Source: Vitrella brassicaformis CCMP3155
Lineage: Eukaryota > Protista > Chromerida
DNA length: 64,000 nt
Assembly (NCBI GenBank): GCA_001179505.1
Contig: CDMY01000267.1
Coordinates: 62,001 to 126,000 of the forward strand
Direction of reading: 5' to 3'
This document shows, piece after piece, positions 24,374 to 37,700 of the stretch. The position numbers and the translations under genes were made by a program. The stretch's first letter is position 1. Every line of letters begins with the position of its first letter. Below the pieces are notes generated by a model. That model had not been told where the DNA came from and did not search any database. It was given only the letters and a program-made list of their open reading frames with translations.

Positions 24374-26687
24374 TCACGGCAGGTCAAAGGCGATAATGAG
24401 CTCCTCACCTACACACACAAATGGCACCAGTCTGTTGCATTTCCGCCTACGTGGAGATGTGGGAGCGTACCGATGGCACAGCCGTCACTGAGTGGCAGGG
24501 GGGAGTGCGTCTTGACGCTGAATGTTCCCGGCCAGTACTGGCTGGCTGCACGGGAGCCCCTCAGCACACCCAGCCGCTTCAGACACTTGGCCACCAACTC
24601 AGAGCAGAAATACGTCTGATGGACACATGCACAGATAGACACATCAATCACATCAAGAAACCCATTCAGGCGCCAGTCATGTCTTGCTGACCTGTTCGTC
24701 GTCTCCCTGCCTCCATCCGACGGAGAAGTGCTGGTCCCTCCTCTCCCCGCCCCCTGTCTGTGTGCTCGCCTCCTGATAGCCGTCTCCTGCCGTGGCGAGC
24801 CGCGGGCCACTGGAAGCAGCAGCTGCTGCTGCTGTGGGTGCGGGGCTCTTGATCGTCACTGAGAGGGCAGGGAGAGAGTTATGACTTGACGGTGCGATGA
24901 TGTTCGTACCTTCTCCCTCCTCATGGTCGACGTCGATCTCCTCTGAGCGGTGGCGCCACAGGAGCTTCCGCACGGTGAGGCGGTAGGGTTTGCCCAACAC
25001 GTCGAAGATGAAGTCCTGGAAACTCGCCAACAGACGCGGATGGCGCTTGAAATACACCTGATTGATCGATTGGCAAAGATGCATCCGTGTCACCCCCAGG
25101 TGGACAAAGTTATACGTGCGTGCGTGTCTCCACCTTCCTGTAGACGAGCTTGGTGTAGCACTTGTGCCACCCGAACGCCCTGACGACACAAATGCCGTGA
25201 ATTGATGCTGCCGAGAAGTGTTTCCATGTCCAGTAGTACTTGAAGTCGCTCCAGCTGACGGCTGTGACACCGTGATTGCCCGTGGCCTCGAAGATCAGCA
25301 CGCTACCGTTGTCGACGCGCAGCAGCAGCGCCACGTGGTCGTACTCAGAGGCCGTCAAGGTGCGTGTCACCCTGGCACCGCCGTCAGTACCCCTGACACA
25401 CACACACACGCACAGAAGAAATCAGAAGACAGCACATGCACCACAGTGGAGGTCGGAGGCCTCTTCCTTTGCGATGTGCGTACCTGAAGAGGAGTATGTC
25501 GCCCGTCTGGACGAGTGACAGGTACTTGCTCTCTGAAATGCGATTGAACCGCCAGAAGTTCTTCTCCGCCACGATGCCCCTCTCCGCGTACGGCAGCGGG
25601 GCCGCACACCGGATATGCAGACCAGTGGCGTGCACCAGGCGCTGCATCACACGGGCGCTGCCACGGAACTCAAAACACTTCTGCATCCACGCGGAGAGAG
25701 GGAGCCATGGACACCGGCGATGTACAGTCCATCGTCGATGAATTGGTTACCTTTGGGAATGCGGTCGGTTTGAGTCTGAGTACTATGCGGTCGTCCCTGA
25801 CCCCGCCCCATTGATCGCAGCTGAAGAGCCCCTCGCACAGGCCAAATATGGCCAGGGGGTCGGCCGACGACGTGTCGCCGATCTCGGCACTCTCGTACAA
25901 ACAATGCAGCTCGTACCGCACCTGACACAGGCACAAGCACAACAACATGCGAGGGACGTGTGTGTGCGAGCATCCGTCGAGAGGTCTCCGGTTTTAGCAC
26001 TGTGTCGAAGTCCAGAACGCCCAGGGGAGCTGTAAGGCCCAGGTCGTCGGGCTGCAGACGAACAGAAAGAACAGTGTGTGCTGAGAACAATCAGCATCTT
26101 TGTACTCCATTGCAGGCCTTTACCTTGAAGTAGAGCAATTTGCGATCCTGCACCACACAGCAACAGAACACACACATGGTCCAAACACCTGTTGGTCGGT
26201 CCTCGCGTTGTCTGACGGACCTTGAGTATGTATGTGCGCCGCCGCCATCCCTCGTACCACCAGGGCGAGCGCTTCTCGAAATCGCCCTCCATCGCAGGCA
26301 AACACGAACCTACCTGCACCCACGCAACACGCGCAGACACTGCAGACACGTACTGCAGGTCTTTCCCTCTCTGCATCTTTCGCTCACCGGAAGAATCCAT
26401 TGAGGCGCTGGCATCCCTTGTCCGCCCTCCTCCCCCTCCTGGACCAAACGCTCACCATCAGCCTGCAGAGCCTCCACTTGGCCTTTGCGGAAGGACAGCT
26501 CATCTCGTCTATGGTCAATCAAGGCGGGCGGGGCTTCCTCTACGGGCCTGAAGCTCTCCAGCACCCGCTGTGCCACTGTGCGTTCTGTGGCGGTGCTGCA
26601 CTCATCGATGGGGGCCTCACACTCTTCAAAGAGGAGGTGGTCATCGGGAAACTCGGTTTCATAATATTTGACCTCTAGTGCCGGCAT
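24374..26687 (-). CDS. PH-domain protein with a C-terminal permuted papain-like NlpC/P60 (YiiX/YebB-like) amidase domain
   Basis: PH start: MEGDFEKRSPWWYEGWRRRTYILK|DRKLLYFK. Permuted catalytic domain: LVQTGDILLF, SEYDHVALL, LIFEATGNHGV, FIFDVLGKPY, YFCSELVAKCLKRLGVL, YWPGTF. His precedes Cys, as expected for the permuted form. Confidence 0.85.
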
Positions 26688-26774
26688 ACTGCGCGCGAAC
26701 GTCTGCCAGTCCACCGAATTCGAAACCCTAACCCCAAACCCCATTCGTAAATTGTGTGCGTCATTTTAAGCGCA

Positions 26775-27411
26775 ATGAGAGGCTTCGAGGTTTCAATGAG
26801 TCTGTCTGAGGGTGGTTCCGACGCCGTGGCGGGCCATATGCTGGTTGTGCAGCCGCCGTACCAAAGGCCGAAGGCGTGGTTGGCCATACGCGAGTGCGGC
26901 AAGTATACATATTTCGATTCCCTTACGGACGTCCCGAACGACCTAACCAATGTGGCCATGTGGCGGTACGTGACATCCATCCATCCATCCATCCATCAAT
27001 CCATCCACCCCTTCACACGTGTGGCGGTACGCGAGATCCATTCATCCATCCTTCCGTCCAGGCCTGAGAAGATCTATGAGGGGGACTTCGAGCAGTTCGG
27101 TATCATGGCCGTCGGTGCGGAGCTCGACAGGGAGGACACTGCATCCCTCCTCGCGGCGGTTCGTGACGCCGTCGATGACCTGCCGCATGTCATTGTGGAC
27201 ACCGAGGTCAGCAGGACCGATAAACCCTCCTACCGCTGCAATCGATGTATGCGCCATGTGTGTCTGCCTTTATGCGGTGCAGAGGAAGGTGGCTGCGTCT
27301 GCTCAAGCGTCGCGTGAGGAGGGGCGGGTGATCTTCGCGCCATGGTCAGGCCTGGGAATCCGAGATCGGTTGCCTGCGATTGGCGATCAAGCTTGCGGGG
27401 CCATCATGTAA
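26775..27411 (+). CDS. Small hypothetical protein (3 exons)
   Basis: In-phase GT-AG splicing gives MRGFEVSMSL..NVAMWR|PEKIYEGDFEQFGIMAVGAELDRED..VIVDTE|RKVAASAQ..GAIM*. I recognise no family. Confidence 0.55.
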
Positions 27412-27468
27412 ACGCATCAATACGTATAGTTTGATTCGATTCGACTGGACATGAAGCATCGATCTTGC

Positions 27469-30400
27469 CTAGAGTAGCGTCACGAGCACGATAGCAATGG
27501 CACACAGAGGAGACAGGGCAACGAGCAGGGGGAGAGGGAAGATGTCATCGTCGCACCAATTGATGTTCCACACACTCAACGTCCTGCACACAAACAAACC
27601 GACAGAGAGACACACAAGTATAGAATTTCCCGCCGTGCAGCTAGGGTTCCTTACGGTGTGCTGAGCGCCATGAGCAGCCGCCTGTGTGCGGCCTTGATGC
27701 CCTCCCCAATGTAGATGACGGCCGGCATCCGGCTCAGCTGCACTGCCCACGCCGGCAGCTGCCACTGGGGAAACGTGAAGTCTATCAGCTCGAAGTTCGG
27801 CCGCACCTACGCGCAGAAACGGAAACCATGCGTGGAACCAACATACATATCTACCCACCCGCTCCTCCACACACCCATGGCCCGGATGACATACCTCTCT
27901 GTTTGCGAGGAGGTGCAGGTTCTTGTCCAATGTCCAGCATGACAGCACGTCGGCCACGACTCGTGCGCCCATGACGACCACCAGCCGCACCACGCCCTCC
28001 CACCAGGAGAACATCACCAGCCAGAAGAGCACTATCAGCACCAAGGTCACCGTCAAGGCCGCCATCGAGGACAGCAGCGCTACCTGGATGGTCGACTGGC
28101 GCAGCAAAATGTCGAAACCCTCCTGGTGGTCGAGTGCGGTGGTACTCGACGCAGCCACAGCCAGCTGGAAGCTTCCCGTCCGCCGCCAGTCGCCTGTGTC
28201 TCCGTTGCGATCGCCCTCTGTGGGCAATGGTGGTGATGCCGATATGACGGCCAGCATGGCTGCCACATCCAGGATATTCGCCCAGCGAGCCAGGCGGTCC
28301 TCCCTCCCCCTCAGCGGCCTCGCCCCTGCTGTCGGCGTGCTCAGCTGGCCGCCCACCGAGTCGGCCTTTGTGTCCCCCTCTGTGCCCCCCTTGTCGGTGG
28401 GTGTGGGTCGGAATCGTTTGGGCAGCATGAGTGTGACGGTGGTGGCGAAGACAGAGGGTGTGCGGGTGAGCCGGTCCGCGACTGAGAGCGGCGGCAGGTA
28501 TCGGTAGGGTGGGAAGGACGGCAGCAGGCCGCCGTGGGTCTTGAAGGGGTTAGAGGGAGGGGGAGGGCGGGGGTAGTGATCGAACTTGAGCTGCCATTAC
28601 CACACACACACACACACACACACACATGCCAAGACATACCCGTATAGACTGAATCGGTGAGTGTGGCGGGATTGGGGGGAACCGACCCGGGTAGCGATCA
28701 GATGCGCGAAGAACACCTCAGACAGAAGGTGGGAGACAATGGCAGCCAAAAACACGAAACCTGACCAGTGCAACATGCACACCTTCAGATGAGCCTATGA
28801 CGGCACGCAGTCTCCTTGTCGGCCTGTGAGGTACCTCACCTCCAGTCGGCAGAAACAGAGCAAGCGCTACTGGTACCTCAATGAAGGGGAACAGGAACCG
28901 CAGCAGGTCCAAATACAAGACGAAGTGGTCCAACCCTTTGGACTCCTTGGTGCTCTCCTCCCCCCACTGTCCGTCGTCCCCCTCTCCCAACTCCCTCCCA
29001 GACGCCACATGCACCGCCGGCACGGCACCCGGCGCGGGGCAGCTATCGCCGAAACAGAGGCTGGCGAACATAGGTGGGAGGTAGCTGCTCTTCCGCTGCA
29101 CCGATGGCTGCCGGCCCTGTGCATCGCCCGCCGCCTTGGAAGGAATCTCAGGGTCGCTGCCACCGCCCTCCCCCTCTCCGTCCATGTCCTCGTCCATCAG
29201 CAGCTGCGCCGCTGCCGCACCGGGGGTCGGCTCCTCTGTCGGCAGTGCACCGAGCGGCTCTTCCTGCCTTGCCTTGGGGGTGCCCTCGGAGATGCTGTTC
29301 TTGCACCACATCATCCTGGGCAGCGGCCTCTGCACGACATGCTGCTGCTGCTGTTGCTGCGAAGAGGAGCTCTCCGCCGGCCGGTCCCAACCCGCTCTCT
29401 CTCTGCGCCTTCTGACCGGCGGCCCTGCCTGAGCTGCACTGATGAGGGCCGCGTTGAGGCGTGCCGGGTTGATGGGGAGGTGGACCTTGAGGGTTGCTCG
29501 GAGTGCTGGGGGGGGCGCGGCAATGAGACCATAGGCGAGGAAATGGGCCAGGAAGAGGCGGGCGACCAGGCGGAGGAGGGGGCAGACGATGACGTAGAAG
29601 ATGCGGTGGAACAGGATCGACCACGAGCTCATCATGTGCTGGAACATGAGTTGGACACCATCCATTCATTCTGTCTCTGGTTCTTTCTTTGTCTTACGTC
29701 GTCGTCGATCATGTAGGTGCTGAGTCGGTAGCAGACGGTGATGCCCACCCCAACGGCCGATGCGTAGAGGAAGGCCCCCATGTATGCGAACGTCATGGCC
29801 ATCATCCACGGCCGGCTCCTCCAGAACCACCGCCACACGCGCCACCGCACGTTGAGCCACGCCTGCCGAATAGAGCTACACGACTGACCGCACATCTGAA
29901 CACACACACACACAAACAGAAGACGACAAACACATCCTTTCCGCCCTCAGCCATCCCATCAGGTCAATCCTACCCGTTGCCTGGCCCCTTGATGGTCCGA
30001 TTGCTCGCGAGGCGTTGTACTGGCTGGATCATGTTGCAACTCCTCGCCCCACACCCCCTCTCTGTTGACCAGCACACGTGAGGGGTTCTTCCACCCAAAC
30101 ACCGAGTAGAAGGTCCGGCACTCGTAGAAGAGCTCCCGCCAGAAGAGACAAACGATGAGGCATGATACACAGAAGAACGCCGACGGGCCGGAGGGGGACA
30201 CCGGCGGCGCAGGCGGCAGTGTGTCTGCCCTTGACAGCAGGGAGGAGAGCGATGTGCCTATCTGGAGGCCGTGGAAGAGACCGATATGGTAGCGGTACGT
30301 CAGAGTGAGGAACATGTAGACGGTGAGGAAGAGCAGAGAGAGGCCCCAGAACTTGAGGGCGAAGTCACGGAACTGCCGGTCGTCCTTGAGCAGACACCGA

Positions 30401-30967
30401 TGGTCCAACTGACGAGGGAGAAGGTAACGCCCGTCAAGACGAGAAGGGAAGTGAGTGCATTTCTTTTCTCTCCCCCGCCACCCATTCATTCCATTGACCC
30501 ACCTCACCCAGGTGCATTCGAGTACAAATGTGGTCGTTTCTGCCAGAAGGTAGCACAGGCCGAACCCCACGGGCATCGAAGGAATGATCAGGAACACCAC
30601 CAGCAGCAGCAGGAAGAATACCATCCCAGCCGTCGACTTCAGCAAATTGGCACCTGCGCAACGGACAACCAACCCACACACAACCCACACGACTCATCAT
30701 TTCGGGTCCATCCATCCATCCACCCATTTATCCATCTCCTTTGGTCCTACCGGTCACGTATACCACGTAGCGCCTGAGCGACCTGGAGCAGAACTCGGCG
30801 GCCATGCGTGCAGCCCGCCTCAGCGGCACGCCAACGGCTCGAACGAGCTTCTGCCACCAAGTCTCCTCCCCGCCGGCCTCGGGCGCCCGCACGCCTGCCG
30901 ACGACTCCCGAACGGGCGACCCCGAGCGAAAGCTTCCATAGCGAGGGCGAAGCAGCTCTGAGCTCAT
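27469..30967 (-). CDS. Large multi-pass membrane protein of unknown function (multi-exon)
   Basis: A chain of same-strand exons joined by GT-AG introns carries many hydrophobic segments (MVFFLLLLVVFLIIP, FWGLSLLFLTVYMFLTL, MTFAYMGAFLYASAVGVG, ALTVTLVLIVLFWLVMF, LLVALSPLCAIAIVLVTLL*) separated by acidic low-complexity loops. Confidence 0.7.
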
Positions 30968-31079
30968 CCTCTATCTCCTTCAGGGGCTGCTGGGCAACCT
31001 TCAAAACCGCAACAGACCCCCAAGCTCGGACTGGCAAAGAGAGGGGTTCGCAACCCTGCGAGCCAACGCGGAAATTTCG

Positions 31080-32169
31080 ATGGAGAAGAAGGAGATGGAG
31101 GGAGGCGACGAGGGAGCTGGGGAGGCCCTCAGATGCATCACTGAGAAGGTGCAGTCGCTGGATGGAGAGTTGCAGCCCCTCAGCGGGCAGATTGTGACCG
31201 CGGCGCAGGACGTCGCCACCCAGGTGCAGCAATGCATCCACCAACACCAACACATCGTAGCAGGTGGGTGCCCACACCAACACACAAACGCAAATAGATG
31301 CATTGCATCCATCCCTTCTGCCATTTCATCTCATCTGCTGTCGTCACCATACCATCAGGTGCGCGTGAGAAGTTGTCGGTGTTGTCGGCTGAGGTAGCGG
31401 TAAGGGAGGAGTCGTTGACGGCGGCGAGCGAGCGTCGTGAGGCGGCCATGCGTGAGGAGGCCGATAGTAAGGCACGGGAGGCCGCGGCGCTGGAGCAGCG
31501 GCGGGATGCCGAGGGCGCCCGTGTGGATGGGCTGCACAAGGAGCTCAAGCATTACCAGGCCAAGATGGACAGACTCAAGGACAAAGAGAAGAAGGAAACC
31601 GAACACAAACGGTACGTGGGGTGGGGCTCACCTCATCAATAAAGGGGGAGGGAGGGAGGGAGGGAGAGGGGCACATCAAGGGCCAAAAGTGGAATGGGTT
31701 GGGTGCGTGTGCTGTGTTGTTGTGGGCTGTGTGAAGGATGAAGGTGTACATGTACGACGTGATAACCAAGATGCGGTGGGGCAATGAGTTCCTCATGACC
31801 CCACAGCAGCTACAGGACAAACACATCGAAGCCATTCGCGGATGTACACCACTCACTCACACACGGACACAAACAGACACCACACATGGACATGAACCCA
31901 TTCCCCGCCTGTCTGTGTGTGTGTGTGGCTGCCGTCCCATGTCAGGGGGTGCGTTTGAGAAGGGCCAGCAGGTGAGCAGCAGCACCAGCAGCAGCAGCGC
32001 GGGTGCCAGCGGCACCTTGGTGTCGGTGCTGCCGTCACTGTCGAGCACCCTGCCCGAGCTGGCCCTCATCAAGCTCCCCGCCCACCTCTCGGAGCGCGAG
32101 ATGTCCGACCGCATCTGGGACGTCGTGTGCGACAAAAACATTCCACAATCATTCAAAACCAACACTTAG
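31080..32169 (+). CDS. SPC24: Kinetochore Ndc80-complex subunit Spc24-like
   Basis: A long N-terminal coiled coil is followed by KVYMYDVITKMRW..KHIEAIRG..LIKLPAHLSEREMSDRIWDVV. This matches the Spc24 RWD pattern (LY..I..I.W ... S....SD.LW.L). Comparison is by eye only. Confidence 0.65.
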
Positions 32170-32804
32170 CTTAGCTAGAAAGAAGGTGGTGGGCGATGGA
32201 GGCAAGCGGGACTAGTACATAGCATCCATGTGTGTGCGGGGTGGGGTGGGGGATGGCTGGCTGTTCGGTGTGCTGGGTCGGGTCATTTTGTACAGCTGGG
32301 ATGGATGGATGGATTGATGGACGCCTGCATGTGGCACACACACATGACACGGACGGTCGTTGAACAGAATCGACACACGGCGAGATAGAAAGCCGACACG
32401 AACAGACAGAAGGATAGGTCCAATTAACGCAAATATGCACGATAACACACACCGAGTCAGTGCGCACCACAACAGACAGTGAGTGCACACACGCAGGCAG
32501 AAAGGCACGCAGCAGGGAGGCAGGGAGGAAGTACCCATAAAAGAAGCAGGGCCACACCATCGATCCACACGTGGGCGGCTGGCAGGGAGCACCATCCATC
32601 GCACTGTTTATATTTCTATCCACACCTCTCATCTCATGAGTGCACGAGAACATGCAGCCATCCATCCCATCCACCTGTCCAGCAACCCACCGCCACCGTC
32701 CCATATCGTACGACTGACTGACCGATAATAAAAACAGCATAAACGCAGACATCTCATCTCACACACATGAATGACCAACGACACGCAAGTCACGTCACGT
32801 CACG

Positions 32805-34505
32805 TCACGTCAAGGGCAAATAGTCCATCTCCCTGCCGGTCCACCCATCCTCCGGCATCCCCACACACCGCCGCACGGTCGGGCGAAACACCTCGGGAGG
32901 CTCGCGTGCATCGAGGACCACCATCTCTTCCCCCAGCCGTCTCGCCTGCACAACCGCCCTTGGCTGCTGACTACCCAGGCCGCCTCTCTGCTGTGACTGC
33001 CGCGCGGCGATCGCATCCAGCCTCTTCATCACGGCCACGAGCCACTGCCGGATGCCATCGTGGTCCAGACAGCGCCACGCAAACGTGTGTGCGGCTCTCC
33101 CCAGCCGCATGGCAATGTCTTCATGCTCTCGCAGCCATGTGATCTTGGCCATGAGCTCTTCAGCTGTGGCGAAGGGCACGAGAACGCCGTGGCGCTTCAG
33201 TAGGGGCGAGTAGAACTGATGTGATTCGTAGGCCCTCTGGTGCTGCAGCACCACGCCTCCGGAGAGCAGCAGCAGCCGAAGTCGTGTTGACCAGGGGCCG
33301 ACGCCAGGGAGGTCCACCAGGTACCGGTGCTGGAATAAGAGCTCCTGCCACTTGTCGAAGGGCACGGGATTCTTCCGGCAGATCAAGTCAGACGGACACC
33401 CATACTCACTGCTCACACACACGAGAGAGCGAGAGAACGACAGAAACGCAGACACCACCATGTGTTGTCTATCGAAAAGTTGTCCTTCGTGCTTGTCTTA
33501 CCTCTCCAGCAGTCGGGCATGTTTGGTGCAGTTGATCTTGTCAGCATCCGACACGTAGAAGGTGGACGCCTGGTGCGGCTCCTCGGGAAGAGCGAACACG
33601 TCACACGCCATCCGCAGCCGCAAGTGCTCCGTGAAACGGCCGACGAAGAACGCCCCACCCCCTCGCTCCATCCACACGGACTCAAAGCTCTTGGCTGACA
33701 GGAAGTCACGCACCTTAGCCTCCTCATGGTTGTTGTGCTGCAGGTATGGCACCGCAGCCACATCCCAGTTGAGGGCGGACGATGACGTCGAGACCAGGAG
33801 GGCGGGGTGGTGCGGGCCAGGGGAGAGGGTGTAGAAAGAGCTGTTGGCTTGGCATCGCTCGGTATAGGGGGCCATGCCCCGCCAGATCTTCTGGCAATCG
33901 TCCAGCTGCACGGCGAATTCCACCGTCAGGTTAGCGCCGCTGCCTCTCGCGTACTCGAGTGCCGATGCCAGTCGGGTCAGGAAGTCGAGAGCGCCGTCCT
34001 CCTTGATTTTGTCCGACGACCCGTGAGGCATCGGCCGACAATAGAGCTGCCCGTCACGAACACTCAGACGCATCAGGGTGTTCCTGTGGAACGACAGCTG
34101 CAGGGCGTTGTCGGCAAGCCCAGTGAGCATTGGCAGGCCGCCGCCTCGGCTCCGCGCCGCTGCCTCCAGTTGAGTCAGCGACGTGCTGTCATCGAGCACT
34201 TCCTCCCAGTATCTGCTGCAGTGGTCGGCCAGCAGGTCGCCGTCATGCAGCCGCCCCTCGAATGCCTCAAAGGAAGCCAAGTCGACGGGGGCGTCATGAA
34301 AGCCACCGCGGTAGGGCTGAGGCGCATTCTGTGTGACAGAGCTCCAGCCATCCGATTCGGTCCAGCGCTGCTCCGTCGACTGGTGGCGCAGTACGCGGTA
34401 GCTGAAGAGAACCACTGTGGTTCCGCCCAAGAAGACGCATATACAGAGGGTCTGGAGGTAGAAGGAGAGGGAGGCTGAATGGGAGCCGGTCACGCCGATC
34501 ATCAT
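32805..34505 (-). CDS. Glycosyltransferase family 90 (CAP10/POGLUT-like), type II membrane protein
   Basis: N-terminal TM anchor (FYLQTLCICVFLGGTTVVLFSY). GT90 signature: HRYLVDLPGVGPWSTRLRLLLLSGGVVL..FYSPL..LVPF..KITWLREHEDIAMRLG. Confidence 0.85.
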
Positions 34506-34701
34506 TGCTGCAGTTGAGACGACAGCCGAGACCGAAAATGAGACATTGTCAAAGCGGCTGTCGCTTGTTGTCCTTGGGTCCGTTCAGATCATTCAAAGGC
34601 CGTATACAAGTTGGAAAAGGCTGCAAGCCGCTTCAAGCGCGCACAACAGAAATAGTCCGAAATAAAATGAGCTCAAAACAGATGTGGCAAACAGACGTAG
34701 G

Positions 34702-37700
34702 ATGGGGTTCTTCCTCTTCGTGGCAACGGCAGTTGCACTGCTGTGCGGCACATGCGTCCGAGGCAGAGCCATCGCAGGAGGTCAGCCGTTGGCGCACACA
34801 CACACGACATTCACCCCTGTGTGCCCTCACTCTCTCTCTCTCTCCTGTGTTGTGTGTCCTGCCTGTCCTGCCTGCCTTCAGGGTCATGTGTGCGTTCAGG
34901 CCATCGGTTCACGTCTGGCAGCCTCATCGAGTCGCTCCCCCTCACGGCCCTGCCCAACTACACACACACGTGCCAGCCCAGCCCGGACAACCTCTTCCAC
35001 AGCACCTGCCACTCCCTCTGCCACCGCCACTGCCACGCACACCGCATGTGCCGCGGGTTCACCTTCATCGACTTCCCTTCGGCCGCCACATGTGAGCTGC
35101 ACTCGGAGTCCGATGAGGTGGAGCCCAACCCATTCGCTTTCTTCGCACCCATGAACTGCTCCTTGATGGAAGACTATGACGTGCCCTGGCCACTAGCAGC
35201 CACGACGCTGGCGAAACGATACCCGGATGTGGCCGAAGGTAGAGAGAGAAATGCGTGGCCTGTGTGTGCATATCCATCGATGGATGGACGTATGTGTTTC
35301 TCTTTGTTTGTGGTGAGTGAGTGCAGGCAGTCTTCTGGTGCCTGTCGGTATCCCAGCACAGCCGGCCCCCGACGCTCATCCAACCTTCTCGCGTGTGACG
35401 GAGGGTGCGGGGATCTATCAGCCGCCCGCACACACCGACCTCAGCCTGCCCATCAGCACCAACAAGTTCTGGACGCACCTGATCATCGGCGACGGCATGA
35501 CGCCCATCTTCCCGATGCCCTATGCGCTGCAGCTGGAGGTGGCCGATGACGGCCATGGCACCACCAGCTATCAGGTCAAGGTGTCGCAGAGTGGTGCCAG
35601 TGTGGAGGGCAAGGGGCGGCTGAGGGAGGAAGGCAGAGTCCAGTACTACTACAATCCCGTCCTTCGGGACATCGCAATAGGTAGGGAGGGAGGGGGGGAC
35701 ACACGCGCCAGAGAACAACTCACTCGCTCACATTTCTCCACATGTGTGTGTGCAGGTGCCATTGAGCCCATCGACGGTTTTGCGGTGACCAGCGAGTCGC
35801 TGCTGGGCGCCACCCTCTCCCTCCGCCACAACGGCCTCGCGCGCGTGGACCTGCCCATCACACAGGGCATGGCATACGTGTCGGCCCGCTACACCGGCAG
35901 CACCCCCCGCCTCTCCACACAGCACGCCATCGTCGAGGTGGTGGACGAGGGCGGGGGGGTGGGGCACCTGAAGCTCACCAACGGGCAGGAGTGGCGGCTG
36001 TACGTGCTGCACTTCGACGGCAGTCCACAGGAGGGATACGTGTGGGAGAGGGAGGCGCCTGTGGGTGGGGAGGGGGAGGGGGAGGGGGGCGAGCAGCGGG
36101 TCAGCAGCGTGCTGTTGTGGGGCGAGAGGGTTTTCTCGGGCATGGTGAGGGCCGCGCTCATCACCAAGCCCTCAGAGAGGGCCGTCTTCGATGCACACGC
36201 AGGTAGGTCAATGACACGGGAGAGAAAGACTGCACACCGGCTGGCCGCATCTGTCTTGTCTGTCTGTCAATCCATGGCCATCAGGTACATGGGTGGTGGG
36301 TGGTGGCATCGAGGTGCCCGAGTCGGATGACGGCAAGACCTACCAGTTCCGCTGGACCATCGAGGGCAAGAAGAACGAGCAGGCCCTCCACTTCGCCCTC
36401 CCCCACCACATGGACATCCTCACCGACCAGACCGAGCGCACAGACATCACCCTCCAGTCGCAGACAAAGGGCGTCATGACAGCCGTCCTGGGCAATGTGT
36501 GGACGATGGAAGAGCCCGACCAGCACCAGCTGCCCTTCATATTCCGGACGCGCAGCATCGACGACTACTACCAGAAGGAGATCAGGGAGGTGCTTGCTCG
36601 TGAGGTGGATGCCTTTGACATCCGGGCCGAGACGCAGCGGGGCAGCTGGTACCTCTCGGGCAAGGGCATGCAGAAACTCGCCTACATGTGCCTCGTGGGC
36701 TTTCGACTCGACGGCAGGTCAGTGAGCACTCCACACTGCAACACATCACACACACAGCGGAGATCACCTTCCATGGGCGTATCGTATGCAGAGACGGCGA
36801 TTTGACCCAGCGGTGTGTCAAGAAGCTCCGGGCCGCCCTGGACTGCTACGTCACGCGGAAATGCAGCGGCCCCGTGGCACCACGGCTGCTCTATGACGTG
36901 TCGTGGGGCGGCCTCGTAAGCGCTGCCGGGGCGACGGGCGGGCCAGACGGACTACTCGCAGACTTTGGAAACGCCGCCTACAACGACCATCACTATCAGT
37001 TCGGGTACTTCATCCTCTCGGCTGCAGTGCTGGGGTTCCTCGACGAGCAGTGGCTCACCCGGCCCGCCAATGTGGACTTCGCCAACACTTTGGTCAGGGA
37101 TGTGGCCAACCCGTCGGCGAGCGACTCGTGGTTTCCGCTGTTTCGTGCCCTGGACTGGTATCACGGCCACTCGTGGTCGAGGGGCATCTTACCGTCCATC
37201 CATGGCAAGGACCAGGTGGGGGAGGGAGCGAGAGCATCTGTGGGCGTGAGAGGTTGTGTGTGGTTTGTGTGCAGGGGTCGATAAGTGAGGAGGTGAATGC
37301 CTTTTACGGCATCTACATGTGGGCGCATGTGACGAAGCAGTGGAGCCTCAAGCGTGTGGCGCGACTCATACTCAATGTCAACGCGTAAGTGCATCGCATC
37401 GATGACTGAGCGACTCATCCACAGAAAGGAGTTGTGCAAGTGAATGTCTGTGTGTGGCAGCCGGTCCCACCAACACTATTTCCTGTTGGACAAGGACAAC
37501 GAGAACCACCCCAGCGATTTCGTCAAGAATAAGGTGGTGGGCCTGCTGTTCGAGAACAGGGCCGACTACACCACCTGGTTCGGCGATAACGCCACCTTCA
37601 TCCACGGCATTCACATGCTGCCCCTCACACCGGCACTCCTGCTCTCACGCACAGAGCGATTCACCATCGAGGTCAGTCAGGGTGGGTGAACAGCATATGG

